Assembly (NCBI GenBank): GCA_027923505.1
Contig: BROI01000022.1
Span: 372,001 to 436,000, forward strand
Length of the DNA: 64,000 nt
From: Mayamaea pseudoterrestris
Taxonomy: Eukaryota
Direction: 5' to 3'
Position 1 is the first letter of the stretch. Every line of letters begins with the position of its first letter. Below the pieces are notes generated by a model, which ran no database searches, was not told the DNA's origin, and saw nothing but the letters and a program-made list of their open reading frames with translations. The position numbers and the translations under genes were made by a program. This document shows positions 1-12,255 of this stretch, piece by piece.

Positions 1-5
1 AAATA

Positions 6-3000
6 TTGGCGGAAGGTACACCACTCTACTCCAAGAGTGAGCACGACGATTCCGTCAATATGAGTCAAGACGACGCTGAACTGCTTGCCTTTGACGAAGA
101 GCGATTGAACAACAATGTCGACAATGAAGAATCAGCAGCGACCAACGATCAAACCGACTCGTTCCTGCAGCAGCGAGTGCGAATGCAGCAAAGTATACTG
201 CAACGGCGCTTAGGATTGATGGGGTTTGGACGTATCGGCATTGACACGGACGACTTGATCGCGAATGTTGTCACGAGTCGTGACTTGCTGCCGCCGGACG
301 CGAAAGGTACAGACGAGCCAGTCGCCAAGCGCCGACGACGAATAGCCGACAACAACAAGTTTGATCCCAAGCTACGAGTCTTGCTGGTTTTGGAAATGGA
401 GGAACAGTTACGGCGTCGTGGTCGCGAAGAGTCTGACATTCAATCCATACGCAGCAATCAACTAAATGATACTAGCAGTGACATTAGCAATCCACAATCT
501 CTCTTGGCATCCGAAGTCATTTACCGCATGCTCGACCCCAAGTGGGAAATTCGACACGGCGCAGCACTGGCGTGCCTTGGCTTGGTGCGGGCGTGGTACG
601 TGCAGCAGCAGCAGCAGCAGCAGCACGAAGCGGCGCCATTAACGTTTGGAGCATGGTTGCAGCAAGTCATGGCGCGGTGCTTGTGCGTTTTGGCGCTGGA
701 CCGGTTTGGCGACTTTGGTTTGGGTGGTGTTGTGGCGCCGGTGCGAGAGTCGGTGGGGCAGCTACTGAGCGTACTGGTAGCAATGGCTCCCAGAAATGTG
801 CAGGAATGTACGTTTCATGTGTTATTTCGACTCGTTGAGTATCATGAAGACTGGGAGGTTAGGTTTGGAGCTTTGATTGCGTTCAAGTACATTGTTGTAC
901 TGTATCTGAAAGAGTCGATGACTCCAACAAGTAATACAAATGTATCAGATTCGAGCTGTTCCGACGCAGTTTGGTGTAGCGTACTTGTTGAACGAATAGC
1001 AAGAAAGGCGAGTGACTGCTTAAAGGATAAAAGTGATGACGTGAAAGGCATTGCAGCAATAATTCTTGTCGAGTACATACTGCAATCGCCTGCAGTGCCG
1101 GATGTGGCATTTCAAGCTGCTGGCCCGCTTTGGAGGGCATTGCGAAGCGTTGATAATCTGAGCTCATGTTTATCAGATTTATCAATACTGTTGTCACTTC
1201 TGATCGAACATGATATAGAAAGGGTGTTGCACGAACTGCAGACTGGAAAGGGATTGGAAGGGTTGGCGATTGAGGAGGAATCACTCGACGCGGTTTCGCG
1301 ATTCATTCTACGACTGCTCGACTCATCAATGGCGTCGGTGAAACATTCCGGAATGCGGTGCATAAACGCCTTGGCGAGACCACTCAGCGATAGAATCAAC
1401 CAGACAATTTTGCACTCTGAGGATGTCGTTGCTCAAATAGGCGTTTATACAGCAGTGCTGTACCGAGTGTTTGAGACCTTTTTTGACAATGATTGTGAGA
1501 CAACGCCGAATGGTTATGAGTGTGCGCAGACATACAACGAATTGAGAGATCGAGCTTGGACGCGTTTGTCTTCTGGGAGCATTAATCTGTTGCAGCATTC
1601 CGGAGCGCAGCGATCGATTGAACTGGGTCTCGTGATGCGGTACTTTGGTGTAAAGTCGTCTCGCAGTCGAGTTAGCGACTCGTTCGTTGAAAGCACTCGA
1701 GCTGCAGGAGCTTTCAGCAGCTTTCTTCGAGCAGCTTGGAAGATGAATGAGCCAGTTCTCGCTCCTGTATTGAAGCTTGCGCTCATCGTTTTTCTACGGT
1801 CGCCCTGGCTCAATCATTTTGAAGCAGCCTGTCATCTTATCGCAGACATAGCACCTATTTTCACTGCCACAAAGGCTTTCTGGAATATTATGGATGAGCT
1901 CACCGATTACCTGGTCTCAAGGCACCCAAACTGTTTACTATATGACACATTTGCGAGCGCGGAGAATCTAAATACTCTCGAAGATGCTGCCATTATTAAA
2001 ACATGCGACGATGCATTTACTAATGGTGCGTCATTATTGCTGGACGAGAGCAGCTCCGCTCGTTGCGAACATGTGGCGGAATCAGTTTCTGAGTTGTGGT
2101 CACATGCGACGGGAAGGCGTTTTAACATCGCCGACGAAAATGCCAAGGCAGCTTCATTTCTATCCATGCGCCTTAACGCGACAATTGCTGGGACTATAAT
2201 CGCTGTCAAGCTTCCGCCAAAGTTGACACCAATCGTCAGGGCATTGATGACTTCGGTTAAAAATGAACCTGATGTGATCAAAGGAGGATCACTTTCCTGC
2301 ACCGCAAAAACTATGACGAATCACAGCGATGAAAATTTGTCGCCAAGGGCGGACTATACTAGTCACTCTTTGAAAAAGCTCATCTTGTCCATCGACAGAC
2401 TGCCTGCAACGACTGGGACTTTAAAGAAGGTCTTTGAGTCTTTATGCGAACTCGCCGCTGACGATAACTTCATTGCTGCTTTCACGATTCAGCGTGTTGT
2501 TACGAAGTGGTTGGCGACACTGAACATGTCTGAGACCGATGTCCTTTGGAGTCGCCTGCAAGGGTGCGGTCAAGAAGGTTTGATACTTGGTAACAACGAC
2601 ACAATTAGAACCTTAAAAGTTTTCGAGATAATCTGTGGCAGTTTCGATACTGATAGCACGGAGATGAACAGACTTGCCATGGAACGTTTCATTTCTCCCT
2701 TGATTGATTATGAGTGTAACAGCGACAGCAATATTCAGCAACCGTCAAGCATTTCAATAATATGTAAGCTTGTCAGGATCAACTTCCACGGCAACATGAG
2801 AGTTGCAATTGCATCTCTCGCGCCCTTTCTACAAAGCCAATCAGATAATTCTAAGCGAATGTCAGCTTGTATAGTATTGGACAAACTTATTTCTGATGCT
2901 GGTCTGAGTATCTGTCCATTTGTTCGATCGCTTCTTCCTATTGTTCTCTCCCTCCTTACTGATTCTGTCAAGGTCTGTGCTGGTATGGCTTCCAAAATGT

Positions 3001-5084
3001 TTGCATGCCTGGTCCGAGCGGCTCCGCTGGTACAGCAGACAGAGTCCATTCGAATTGATTCGATGCCGGCAAATGATTTTGGAGAAAAAGTTATCGACCA
3101 TCTGATTCTAGGCAAAACTATGCCGCCTGTTTTGTTCCCGAGAATTGTTCTGGAGTCGCTCAAGGAGAGCAACACTGTATTAAGAGAGTACCAACGAGAA
3201 GGAATTTCTTGGTTGCGCTTTCTCCAGTCCGTCAATTTGAATGGCGCACTTTGTGACTCTATGGGACTCGGAAAAACATTGCAAGCTTTGATGGCGATAG
3301 CGCTATCACATGTTTCTAATTCGACCGGGGAGCTTGAGAAGGACGCCATGTCGCTAGTTGTCTGTCCTGCATCGGTTGTTGGTCACTTTATCCAAGAGAT
3401 CGACAAATTCTTCCCTAGAAAGCGAGTTTTTCGATCGCTCTGCTTCGTGGGGCCGACGCACATCCGGCGAAAGTTATGGTCCAAGATGGCGCCGGACGTG
3501 AATTTAGTCGTGACGAGTTACAGTGTGCTACGAAGTGAGACCAATTTGTTAGCTTCGAAAAAATGGCGATATTGCGTCCTTGACGAGGGGCATCTTTTAT
3601 GCAACCCGCGTACAGGTAAAACCCATGAGGTTGCCAAAGTCGCTTCTGTATTCGCTCTCTAACGCTATGTTTTCGCTTTGCCAGCCACCGCTAGAGCATC
3701 AAGGACGCTTAGCGCCAGGCATCGACTGATAACAACTGGGACGATTATTCAAAATGGACACGTGAATGAGCTGTGGGCAACGTTTGATTTTCTTATGCCG
3801 AACTTTCTTGGCGACATCGCACATTTCTCAAAAACGTTTGCACGACCTATCACACGTGGGCAGCTGCCGGGAGCGTCTGCCGACTCTATATGTGAGAGTA
3901 TAAACAAGCTGAAAACGTTGCATCAGCAATGTCTCCCGTTTATTCTACGGCGTGACAAAGACAAAGTTCTTCGCGAGTTACCTCCCAAGATAGTGTCGGT
4001 GATTCCAGTATCAATGAGCGGGCTTCAGGAGAAGATGTATGCGACGTTACTTAGTCGTCCTCGTGTTGAGAGCGTGTTGAGCGAGTTGCAACTGATGCTG
4101 GAAGGCAAGAGCGTTCCTCATAGCGACTCTTCGTCAAGCGGCGACGCATTGAGATCTTTGCTATTATTGCGGCTGGTTTGCACCCATCCCGCCCTTGTGT
4201 CTCAGTCAGAGGAAAGCGATTTTATGGACCTTAGTATAAATGCATCAGGAAAATTGTTGGCACTAGTGGAACTCCTACGTGAATCTGGAATTTACGAAGA
4301 TGTTACCTCCGGTGCCGACAATGATCGCTCTCTTTTGTTTTGTGGCGCCGATGAGGCTTCAGACGATTATGAAAGTCTTTTGAATTCAACGATGGACAAT
4401 TACACAACCTCTGACATGCGAAAGACTGAGCCCTCGAAATGTGTAATATTTGCACAATTTAGCAAGAGTCTCGATGTTGTGGAACGCTTAGTACTCAATC
4501 GTCTTATGCCCACGCTGCAATACTTGCGTTTTGATGGCCAAGTTCCAGCTGAAAAACGAGCAACCATCGCAGACTCGTTCAATCGCGATCCTCACGTTAA
4601 AATACTCCTGTCTACGACTCGTGTGGGGGGACTTGGTTTGAATCTAACAGGTAAAGCTAAAGGTGATCTTGACATGCTCTTGCGATTTTATTTGGCTCAA
4701 TCACCGTAACATGTCACAGGCGCAGATATGATTATTTTCTTGGAAAATAGTATGAATCCCTTCGCTGATATGCAGGCAGCTGAGAGGGCGCACAGGATCG
4801 GGCAGGTAAGAGTATTGAATGTCTACAACCTCGTAACGAGCGATTCGGTTGAGGAAAAGATCATGCTGCTGCAAAAAAAGAAAGTGGCTGTGAGCGAAGC
4901 CATCGTCAATACTGAAAATTCAAGTCTGTACAGCATGGGTACAGATCGCTTGTTGGATATCTTCACAGCACGCACGAACGATGCTGCGAGTGATGGCGCT
5001 CCCATAGATTTGGACGCGCTTGCAGAAAATCTCTGCGAGGAATACGAAAGTCTTTCTGTCGAAAAGTTCTTGGAAAATGTTTGA
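6..5084 (+). CDS. BTAF1: Mot1/BTAF1 TATA-binding protein-associated SNF2 ATPase (5' partial); exons <6-3615, 3685-4650, 4720-5084
   Basis: HEAT-region motifs 'WEIRHGAA', 'LALDRFGDF', 'VVAPVRE' and 'KLTPIVRALM'. SNF2 motifs 'LREYQREGISWL', 'DSMGLGKT', 'LDEGH', 'GGLGLNLTG' and 'QAAERAHRIGQ'. Two 69-nt GT-AG introns (3616-3684, 4651-4719) join the three ORFs in frame. Confidence 0.95.
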
Positions 5085-5265
5085 GAGTGCGTTAATATAC
5101 TCGTACACTACCGGATTTGTAACTATCATTGCATCATTAGTTTTCAATTCGCTACGGTAATGCGACTTTAAAGGTACTACACTGTTACTGTTGTCTTGTT
5201 GATCCGCTCATTAAATATCTCTAAAGCAATGAACTACTAATGCCAAATTATGCTGAAGATTTTGT

Positions 5266-8200
5266 TTATGGTCCGTAGTATCCTCCGCCACCGGCGCCAA
5301 AACCAGGTTGAGCCCCATACGCTGTGGGCGGCGGAACCCCGTACGCCATAGGAGGCCCTCCAAGACCTACAGGCGGTCCACGGCGTGCGTTTGGACCCGT
5401 TTCCTTGCCATATGTGAGATCAAAGCTAGTTCCGAGACGGCCCGATTCTTTCGCAAAATTAATGCGTAGCGCGCCGCCATTTACCAAGTGTCCAATAAAG
5501 GCTTGTCGGCATGCAACAGCTTGCTCCCTCGCAGACGTATTGACAAATGAAAAAGCGCCCTTCGTGACCACGCCAAGGATTTCGGCGTGTTGCGAGAACA
5601 AGTCTCGCAGCTGTTGCTCTGTCGTCGAAGGTCCATAGCCGGCGACAAAGAGATTCTTTGTGGCAGGGTTTCCACGATCGTCTCGGACATCATCGACGTT
5701 TTGCATCGGTGGCGCCATATGCCCTGGTCCAGACGGGAAGGACGATGGAAATGTTTGCTGTGGTGGTACATGGGGCGCTTGCACAATTGACTGTGGCATC
5801 CCTCCAGCAGTCGAAAGTCCTCCCATGGGCACTGAAGCAGAATGCGAGGATGGCCCATAAGCCGACGCTTCTCTCGGCTTTCGTTGCGCTGGATTGATTC
5901 TGATAGGCATACCGCCGAGCAGGGTCCCTGTTAGCGCTTCGCGGGCCATCTGAGCGTTCAAGGGATCGCTGGTATTTACAAAGGCAAACGTGCCCTTCAT
6001 AAAAACTTCATCCACTCGAACGTAGGGAGAAAATAATTGTATAATGTCGGTTTGCGTGGTGCTGGGTCCAAAGCCACTTACGTGGAGGTTACCTGCATCA
6101 GATTTGGGTCGGAATCCACCGTTAACTGCAGCTCCATATGGAGCAGGAGCCGCGTAGCTCGCGTTCGAAGCCACTGCGGGCAGGCCATAAATGCTCGTCG
6201 AAGCGGGCTGATGAGCTGGAACATGCATAAGTCGACCATGATTTTGACTTCCATTTGAAACGCTTAGTGTCCTTACGAGATCAAGAAGCCTCTGCTGATC
6301 GTATTGACCCGACGCATCCACAAAGGTGCCCAGAAGACCTGGACTGTTAGTAATAGTCTGAAGTGCTTGTATATCCTGTCCGAGAAGAAACATTGGAAGG
6401 CCTAAGCTTTGCAGATATTCAGGAGTGGCACCCGACTGAGGATGATACGGCGCTGGCACCCCATACGCATGCTGCGTTTGCTGCGCGTTGGGCACCAGGC
6501 CTTGTAAAGTTGAGGCGACGTCTTGATACAACGAAGGTGAAACTGTCGCAGCCCCGCCGACAGCCGCCGTCGCACTCTCTTGTAAAGGAACAAAAAAGGG
6601 AATAGCCTCCAAGTCTGCCGAGGATTGCGACGTCATGTCCAGGGCAATTTCAACGTCAGTAAGAGGGTTTGGGCTGCTAGCTACATCCTTCTCTGTCAAA
6701 TAGTGTACGCGAGGCACCGTTCTCATCCGACTTTCTTGTAGCGATTTTTCATTGGAAGAAAGCTCCGCCTTCGTCACATTTGGCAGCTCAGGAAGCAAGG
6801 ACGGAACCCGCCAAGCCATGGAAGGTTTCATCTGACTTGACAAAGGGACAGGGTCGTCGGCGTCATCATCGTCCGTCAATTTCGCTCTCCTACGAACAGA
6901 AACGCAAAAAAGTTAAGATCCGCGCATGAAAAAATCTACAAACATATTCGATCACTGACAACTTACTTTGCGCTGGCGAGTAGTTCCTTCTCGCGCAATC
7001 GGTCCCGTTTCTTCCGATCCGACCATGAGCTTGACGCCTCCAAGCCTCCAGCCCCAGATGCTCCATCAACCGAGTCATCCGTTTCGAGTGTTTGGGCCAC
7101 AGAAAGGTTACCGCCGAAATGATCCGCCCATTTCACACGCTTGGACAATTTCTTCGCCTGAGGTGCTTTTGCAGTGCCATTTTGTTCATTCCCCGGAGGA
7201 GGTAAGTCATTATTTTGATTACCATTGGTACCGCTGACCTTCTTAAGCAACGATGAGAAGGACGAAGAAGCCTTTTTCGGTTCATCGGCCAACTTCGCTC
7301 GCTTGATAGACGCATCGTTAGCATTCATCGGCTCGGATGGACGCTTTGGAACCAAACGCGGCGGCTCAGGCGCCGGAATTGTCTGCACAAGATGGTCACC
7401 AGCAGCCTGCGAAGTCTCTTTTGGCAGGTCTTGACTCTTCCGAGCCTTTACAGATGAGCTCCAGCTATCCTTCACTAGCTGAATTCGCTCTTTGACGACA
7501 GCAGCGTTCGGCGAACTCGTAATCATGCTGTGCTTCTCGAGCGAACCGACGAGTTTGCCCATACCTGACGACTTGACTACAGACTTTGTAACCGGAAGCG
7601 ACGCTATATTCGACAATAAATGAAGTAAAAGATCAACTCCACCAATCTTGCCACTCAATATTTCTTCTAACCATTTCTTTACGAACGAAAGGTAGTCATA
7701 ATCAAGGAGACGGGCAATCGAAGAACTAGAGGGATTGGTAAGACCTACTACTGCTAGCAAGACACACCTGCGATGCACCAGAACAGAGTCATGCGACTGG
7801 ACCCCATCAACAGCCTTTGCTTTCTGTAGAAGACAAGAAGGAGCGGTAATATATGAGACGAAAGGAAAATTATGTATGCGCATGCCATTGCGGCCGAAAA
7901 TACACAGTGCAAACACGTCGCCATCAAAAAGGAGCTCCAAGACGAAGTTAAAATTTAACGTGAAAATAGTTGGGAGAGCAGTCTTGCGGTCTCGCCATGT
8001 AGGTCATACTGGCTGCGAATCTACCACAGCGCACATGCATAGCATGGCGTTCGAACGGCGCGCCTTTGACAATTTGCGGATGCGCCGGCCACTCTCCGCA
8101 TATCGATATGTGTAAAGACTTCGCTGCAGTAATTTTAAATTACAAGGTATAGCCAAATCATCGAAACAAGTTGCCGTGAATTATTGTATGCATGGTGTTC

Positions 8201-9252
8201 AAGCTGCTGGACTGCTGCTTTGGCACTCCTCTCCATCGGTGCACTGTCCGGGTCCAAAGGACTACTGCTAATTGCCTAAGTGTATCTACCATCCATTAGT
8301 GCTCGCGCCCGCTATACAACTGACTACATGATAGAGTCTTTTGGTCATGTCGTTGCAATGTTAATGGGGCGACAAATTATCGTCGCGATATCGAGACTCA
8401 TAGTAGACCGACGCGCTAGTCATGGCATGGGAACTGTACAGTCAACAGCCTTGCAAAGACTTCAAAGTAGATATTCTCTCATCGTGAAGAACGCTGTCAC
8501 GTCCGAGGAGCAGGCCAAGGAGTGGCAGCTGTGCAAGGGCGAAGAGCGGAGACAAGGCAGCAACTCGCGCGCGCATTCGTCAATACTAGCCGAAAGTAGG
8601 CACTTGGCAACGGGCAGCGCATGAAAGTTCGTAGTTACAAACATTCCGCCTACGGTAGATTACAGACCAGCATTTGGATATCTTGTAAATTTCGGTTCAG
8701 CCGCGAACCCTTAGACGTTAAATAGATAACGTGACAGCCTTGCTTCTTAATTTTTGCCTCGAAATGGCGACGGGCAGCGCTTGGTAGTTCGTGTTTCATG
8801 AATTCATCCTTGATTACTGTCCATCGCTTGGCTATCTTGTAAATTTCAGCCGCGAACCCTTAGACGTTAAATTGACAACGTGACAGCCTTGCTTCTTGCT
8901 GGTTCTCTCCTTGCTTCGTGCCTTGAAACGCCAAATATTACCGGACGACGATCGCAATCTCTTCAAATCCAAATTCCTTTATTGACTCACCTGCAACAAG
9001 GGAAGAAAATCATCCGCAGCTTGCGCCTCTGGACGCAAGCGAAAGCCTTGCAATAGATAGATAGAAACGCTCATGTGAGAAAACCCGGAAGCAAAATGGC
9101 AGCGCGAAGCGTCAATCGATGCACCACTCACCACTTGTATCCAGCGCTTTTAGTAGTTCTTGTTCGAATCCATCAATATCGGGTTGCGACTCTGATAGCA
9201 GCAAGGAGGGTGCACACTTGCCGCTCTCGCGGGCGCGTTGCAGGACGCTCAT
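5266..9252 (-). CDS. PNUTS/PPP1R10-like protein: TFIIS-N-like domain, RVxW PP1-docking motif and two C-terminal RRMs (~885 aa); exons 9252-9132, 9046-8991, 7823-6967, 6889-5266
   Basis: Canonical donors (GTGAGT, GTGAGT, GTAAGT) and acceptors keep one frame over 2658 nt. TFIIS-N-like segment 'LLSNIASLPVTKSVVKSSGMGKLV...LVKDSW' and motif 'KRVKW'. RRMs: 'NLHVSGF...KGTFAFVN' and 'NLFVAGY...KGAFSFVN'. Confidence 0.8.
8604..8897. repeat. Two degenerate direct copies (~8604-8748 and ~8764-8897) inside the long intron of the PNUTS-like gene
   Basis: Shared blocks: 'acgggcagcgc...agttcgt', 'tatcttgtaaatttc', 'cagccgcgaacccttagacgttaaat' and 'aacgtgacagccttgcttctt'. Confidence 0.9.
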
Positions 9253-9491
9253 GGTTGATTGTGTGAAATGGAAGCGCAAGTCAAGAGAGCGCGCGGTTTG
9301 TGGCGGACGTGACTCGTCGATGCACTCCTTTGCGACTGGTGAGTACCGGTGCGAGTGTGAACGACTGACAGATGCATGCGCGGAAGAAACGAAGGCCCTG
9401 CCTGCACCATGGACCGCATTCTTCACTCGTTTGCTCATTTGGCCAGTCGTCGTGATCCTTGCCAAAGATTTGTGTTACCGACGTCTACACG

Positions 9492-11429
9492 ATGAAGGCT
9501 TCTCTTGCGAAAGGCATCATTTCCGGGAGACGAGCGTTGCGGCAGCAGCGCCGTGCCTCTTTGTCGCCATTTCCGGCAGCAGCTCTTGGATGTGGACCAC
9601 TCCATTTGGAATCATCGCTTCTGGATGACAGATCTAAGACTTATCAACGTTTCATGTCTTCTGCGACCCTTAGAGAGATACCGCAGCAGGATATTACTGC
9701 GCAAATGGCATCAACTCAATCAAATTCTATGCCCAATGATTACGGCAGCAGCAATCCACAATCATTATGTTTAGCTAATATATCAGAGTTTTTGAAGGAC
9801 TTGGAACGAGCGGCAGCTTGGAATCACGGAAAACCAGGCAAGCGACATGATTCTCACTTGTGGGAACCAGAATTTTGCAGAAGCGTCGTGCAGAAATTTG
9901 ATGCGTTTCTTTCAGACGCAGTTGCCGCCAAGCAGTATAGCAATAGCCAGTCGACCGTTTCAAAGGAACAAGCCATTTTATTATCACCTGAAACAGTGAC
10001 ACTAGCCGTCAAGGCGCTTGTCAAGTCTCATTTAGAGACTCATGAACTATCCACCCAAATCCGCTCGTGGGAGCGAGCCCTCGGCCAGTTGCGGCAAACG
10101 CCACTCACGGATCACTTGTCACTCCGCCTATTGACAGCCAATGGCAAGGCTGGAAACATTGGGCGCGTACTGAGTCTGCTGCAGCTACGCAAAGCGCGCC
10201 ACTACCAGCCTCGTCACCGCGAGTTTTGGTACGCCATTACGTCACTGCAGGCGGCGCAACCCAAACTGCGCAACATTTTCTGCAACGATTCAGAGCAACC
10301 ATTGATTGACAATCCAACGCGGTGGCTTGATGCGATCTTGTTGAATATGCATCAGCGAGATTTTCCGCTGACGGCCGGGTTGGCGAACCATATGTTAAAG
10401 TGTTTCGTCGCTGGCTACTCGGGCAAGGCGGTTCACCACTTTTATCGAGTCTCGCGACAAGCAGTCTTGTCGCTGCCAGTGGAGGAGCGACCCGCAAATG
10501 ATGTGATTGAAAACATGCCGACTCAGTCTGTGTCGTTTCAACCGAGCGATGACGAGAAGCAAAACGACAAATATATTGGGTGCTATCGCGAGCAACCAGT
10601 CAAAGTTAATGTGCAGTATCATGCGGCCTCGCCGCCTTTTTACAAGATACCCTCGCAAGTGCGAGGCAAGCTACTACCTGATTTGCGAAAGGAGAATGAC
10701 AGCGCAAAGAATAGCAACACTATGAACAATCGATCGGAAGGTGGCGTCTTCAAGATTGACCGCGAGACGGACCCCAACTACTCTATTCCACTTTCCGCCG
10801 CCTTTTCATTTGCCGAGTCGCTCCAGCATGGCGCCTGCGGACATGAAGGCATTCGGTTGAACACTGGATCGTACAATGTGTTGATCCAAGCTTGCGTGCA
10901 GCGGGGCGCACTGTGGCGAGCCATGCACTTGGTGGACGAAGTCATGAGCAGCAGTGATGACGCATCAACAAAACCGAATACCATGTCTTTCAATTTAATT
11001 ATTGCTGGCTTGGCCCGTGTTGGCGATGTCATGACCATGCAGGACTACTATCACAAACTTTTGGCCGCTCAGTTGCAGCCGGATGCTTGGACCGTGCGAG
11101 CAATTGTCGACGGCTTGCTGAACTTGGGCGACGTTTCCGCAGCCGCCACTGTTGTTCAAGACTTGTTCAATCAACATTCAGTGCTACCACCATATACAAC
11201 TCATATGAAGATACTGGAATTGTGCTTGGGAAGAAGCATGGTGTATGAGGCCAAGCGACATGTTTATTTTTTGCAGCAACTATGGCACTGGGAGCCAAAT
11301 GAGTACCACGACGAAGCATTCGTTAAACTCATGCGGGCGACACAGCGAAATACACAGTTGCAAAAGCCGGCGCTGCAGCAACTGTTTCGATACTTTGGTG
11401 CTGAATTGCTAGATTCGGATTTCTTGTAG
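9492..11429 (+). CDS. Pentatricopeptide-repeat (PPR) protein, probably mitochondrial
   Basis: PPR-like units 'SYNVLIQACVQRG', 'PNTMSFNLIIAGLARVG' and 'PDAWTVRAIVDGLLNLG'. Arg/Ser-rich, acid-poor N-terminus from the ATG at 9492. Confidence 0.8.
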   Translation: MKASLAKGIISGRRALRQQRRASLSPFPAAALGCGPLHLESSLLDDRSKTYQRFMSSATLREIPQQDITAQMASTQSNSMPNDYGSSNPQSLCLANISEFLKDLERAAAWNHGKPGKRHDSHLWEPEFCRSVVQKFDAFLSDAVAAKQYSNSQSTVSKEQAILLSPETVTLAVKALVKSHLETHELSTQIRSWERALGQLRQTPLTDHLSLRLLTANGKAGNIGRVLSLLQLRKARHYQPRHREFWYAITSLQAAQPKLRNIFCNDSEQPLIDNPTRWLDAILLNMHQRDFPLTAGLANHMLKCFVAGYSGKAVHHFYRVSRQAVLSLPVEERPANDVIENMPTQSVSFQPSDDEKQNDKYIGCYREQPVKVNVQYHAASPPFYKIPSQVRGKLLPDLRKENDSAKNSNTMNNRSEGGVFKIDRETDPNYSIPLSAAFSFAESLQHGACGHEGIRLNTGSYNVLIQACVQRGALWRAMHLVDEVMSSSDDASTKPNTMSFNLIIAGLARVGDVMTMQDYYHKLLAAQLQPDAWTVRAIVDGLLNLGDVSAAATVVQDLFNQHSVLPPYTTHMKILELCLGRSMVYEAKRHVYFLQQLWHWEPNEYHDEAFVKLMRATQRNTQLQKPALQQLFRYFGAELLDSDFL

Positions 11430-11614
11430 ATCTAGTGTTCTAATGATACGGACATCTGGACGCTATTCATTGCTAGTTAAAGAACGGAAGCGGCATTTTA
11501 TTTATTGGTGCTGAATTGCTAGATTCGGATTTCTTGTAAATCTAGTGTTCTGTAGATACGGACATCTGGACGCTATTCATTGCTAGTTAAAGAACGGAAG
11601 CGGCATTTTATTTA
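11395..11614 (+). repeat. 110-bp tandem duplication covering the last codons, stop codon and 3' UTR of the PPR gene
   Basis: 11395-11504 and 11505-11614 are near-identical. The differences are TAG vs TAA at the stop and 'taatgat' vs 'tgtagat'. Confidence 0.95.
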
Positions 11615-12027
11615 CGAGGAACAGTTAAGTCAACTCGTCATCGTGCACGCCGACGTTCCAATGCGCGTATGGACAGAACCAGGCACTCGAGTAGCGGAAT
11701 TCGGGAATAGCTGCTTTGGTAACTGATGCTGCCATGTTATTATAAGTATCTACCGGTAGTGTAATATTAATGCCTAGCAGCTATCATGCAGCTTTTCATG
11801 TTTGTTGCAAAGAAGGTTGCGAAAATGTGACGCTCATCCATGGTGGCGAGGAATGAGAAAGTACGAGTGCCGCTGCGTTTTACCTAAGGCTTGTGACGTC
11901 ATTTTTAATTAAGCCGATTTCGAGCGATGGTGATCGCTCGCTGAACGACAACGACATCCACTCCGCAACCGACGAAAGCATCTTGCCTCCTTGCTGTCTC
12001 GTTTGCTACCATTGCCAAGACTTAAGA

Positions 12028-12255
12028 ATGACTATTCCTTCTACAATAATAAGCGGAACCATCGGCTACCTGTTGCTGGGAGCGCTTGGGCTTGGATTGC
12101 TTTACTCGTCACGAGCGACAGGGTTGCTTTCCAAGGACAATACCGACATTGGCAATGTTGTCGTTTCGATTTGTACCTTTTGCATGTGGCTCTTTTGGCT
12201 CTGCGCATGGCTGCACCAGTGGCATCCTCTGATTGTTCCCATTTATGAAGGATAA
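12028..12255 (+). CDS. ATP6V0E: V-type ATPase V0 subunit e (Vma9/ATP6V0E family), 75 aa
   Basis: Two hydrophobic helices ending in the family signature 'CMWLFWLCAWLHQWHPLIVP'. ATG at 12028. Confidence 0.9.
   Translation: MTIPSTIISGTIGYLLLGALGLGLLYSSRATGLLSKDNTDIGNVVVSICTFCMWLFWLCAWLHQWHPLIVPIYEG

Noticed and set aside
603..624. (CAG)n run, and (GCGA)n at ~12257-12276
   Set aside because: Ordinary short microsatellites (a poly-Gln tract and a 3'UTR repeat).
3616..4719. Apparent frameshifts/stops splitting Mot1 (and similarly the ABC1 kinase, PDE, CDK, desaturase and dual kinase)
   Set aside because: Each break is explained by a canonical GT-AG intron that restores the frame and conserved motifs, so these are not pseudogenes or recoding sites.
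8280..8624. 114-aa plus-strand ORF inside the long intron
   Set aside because: GTG start, no recognisable motif and antisense to the host gene; there is no support for a nested gene.
8604..11614. Direct repeats as a possible CRISPR array or LTR pair
   Set aside because: There are only two adjacent copies of each, with no spacer pattern, cas genes, TG...CA ends or retroelement ORF.
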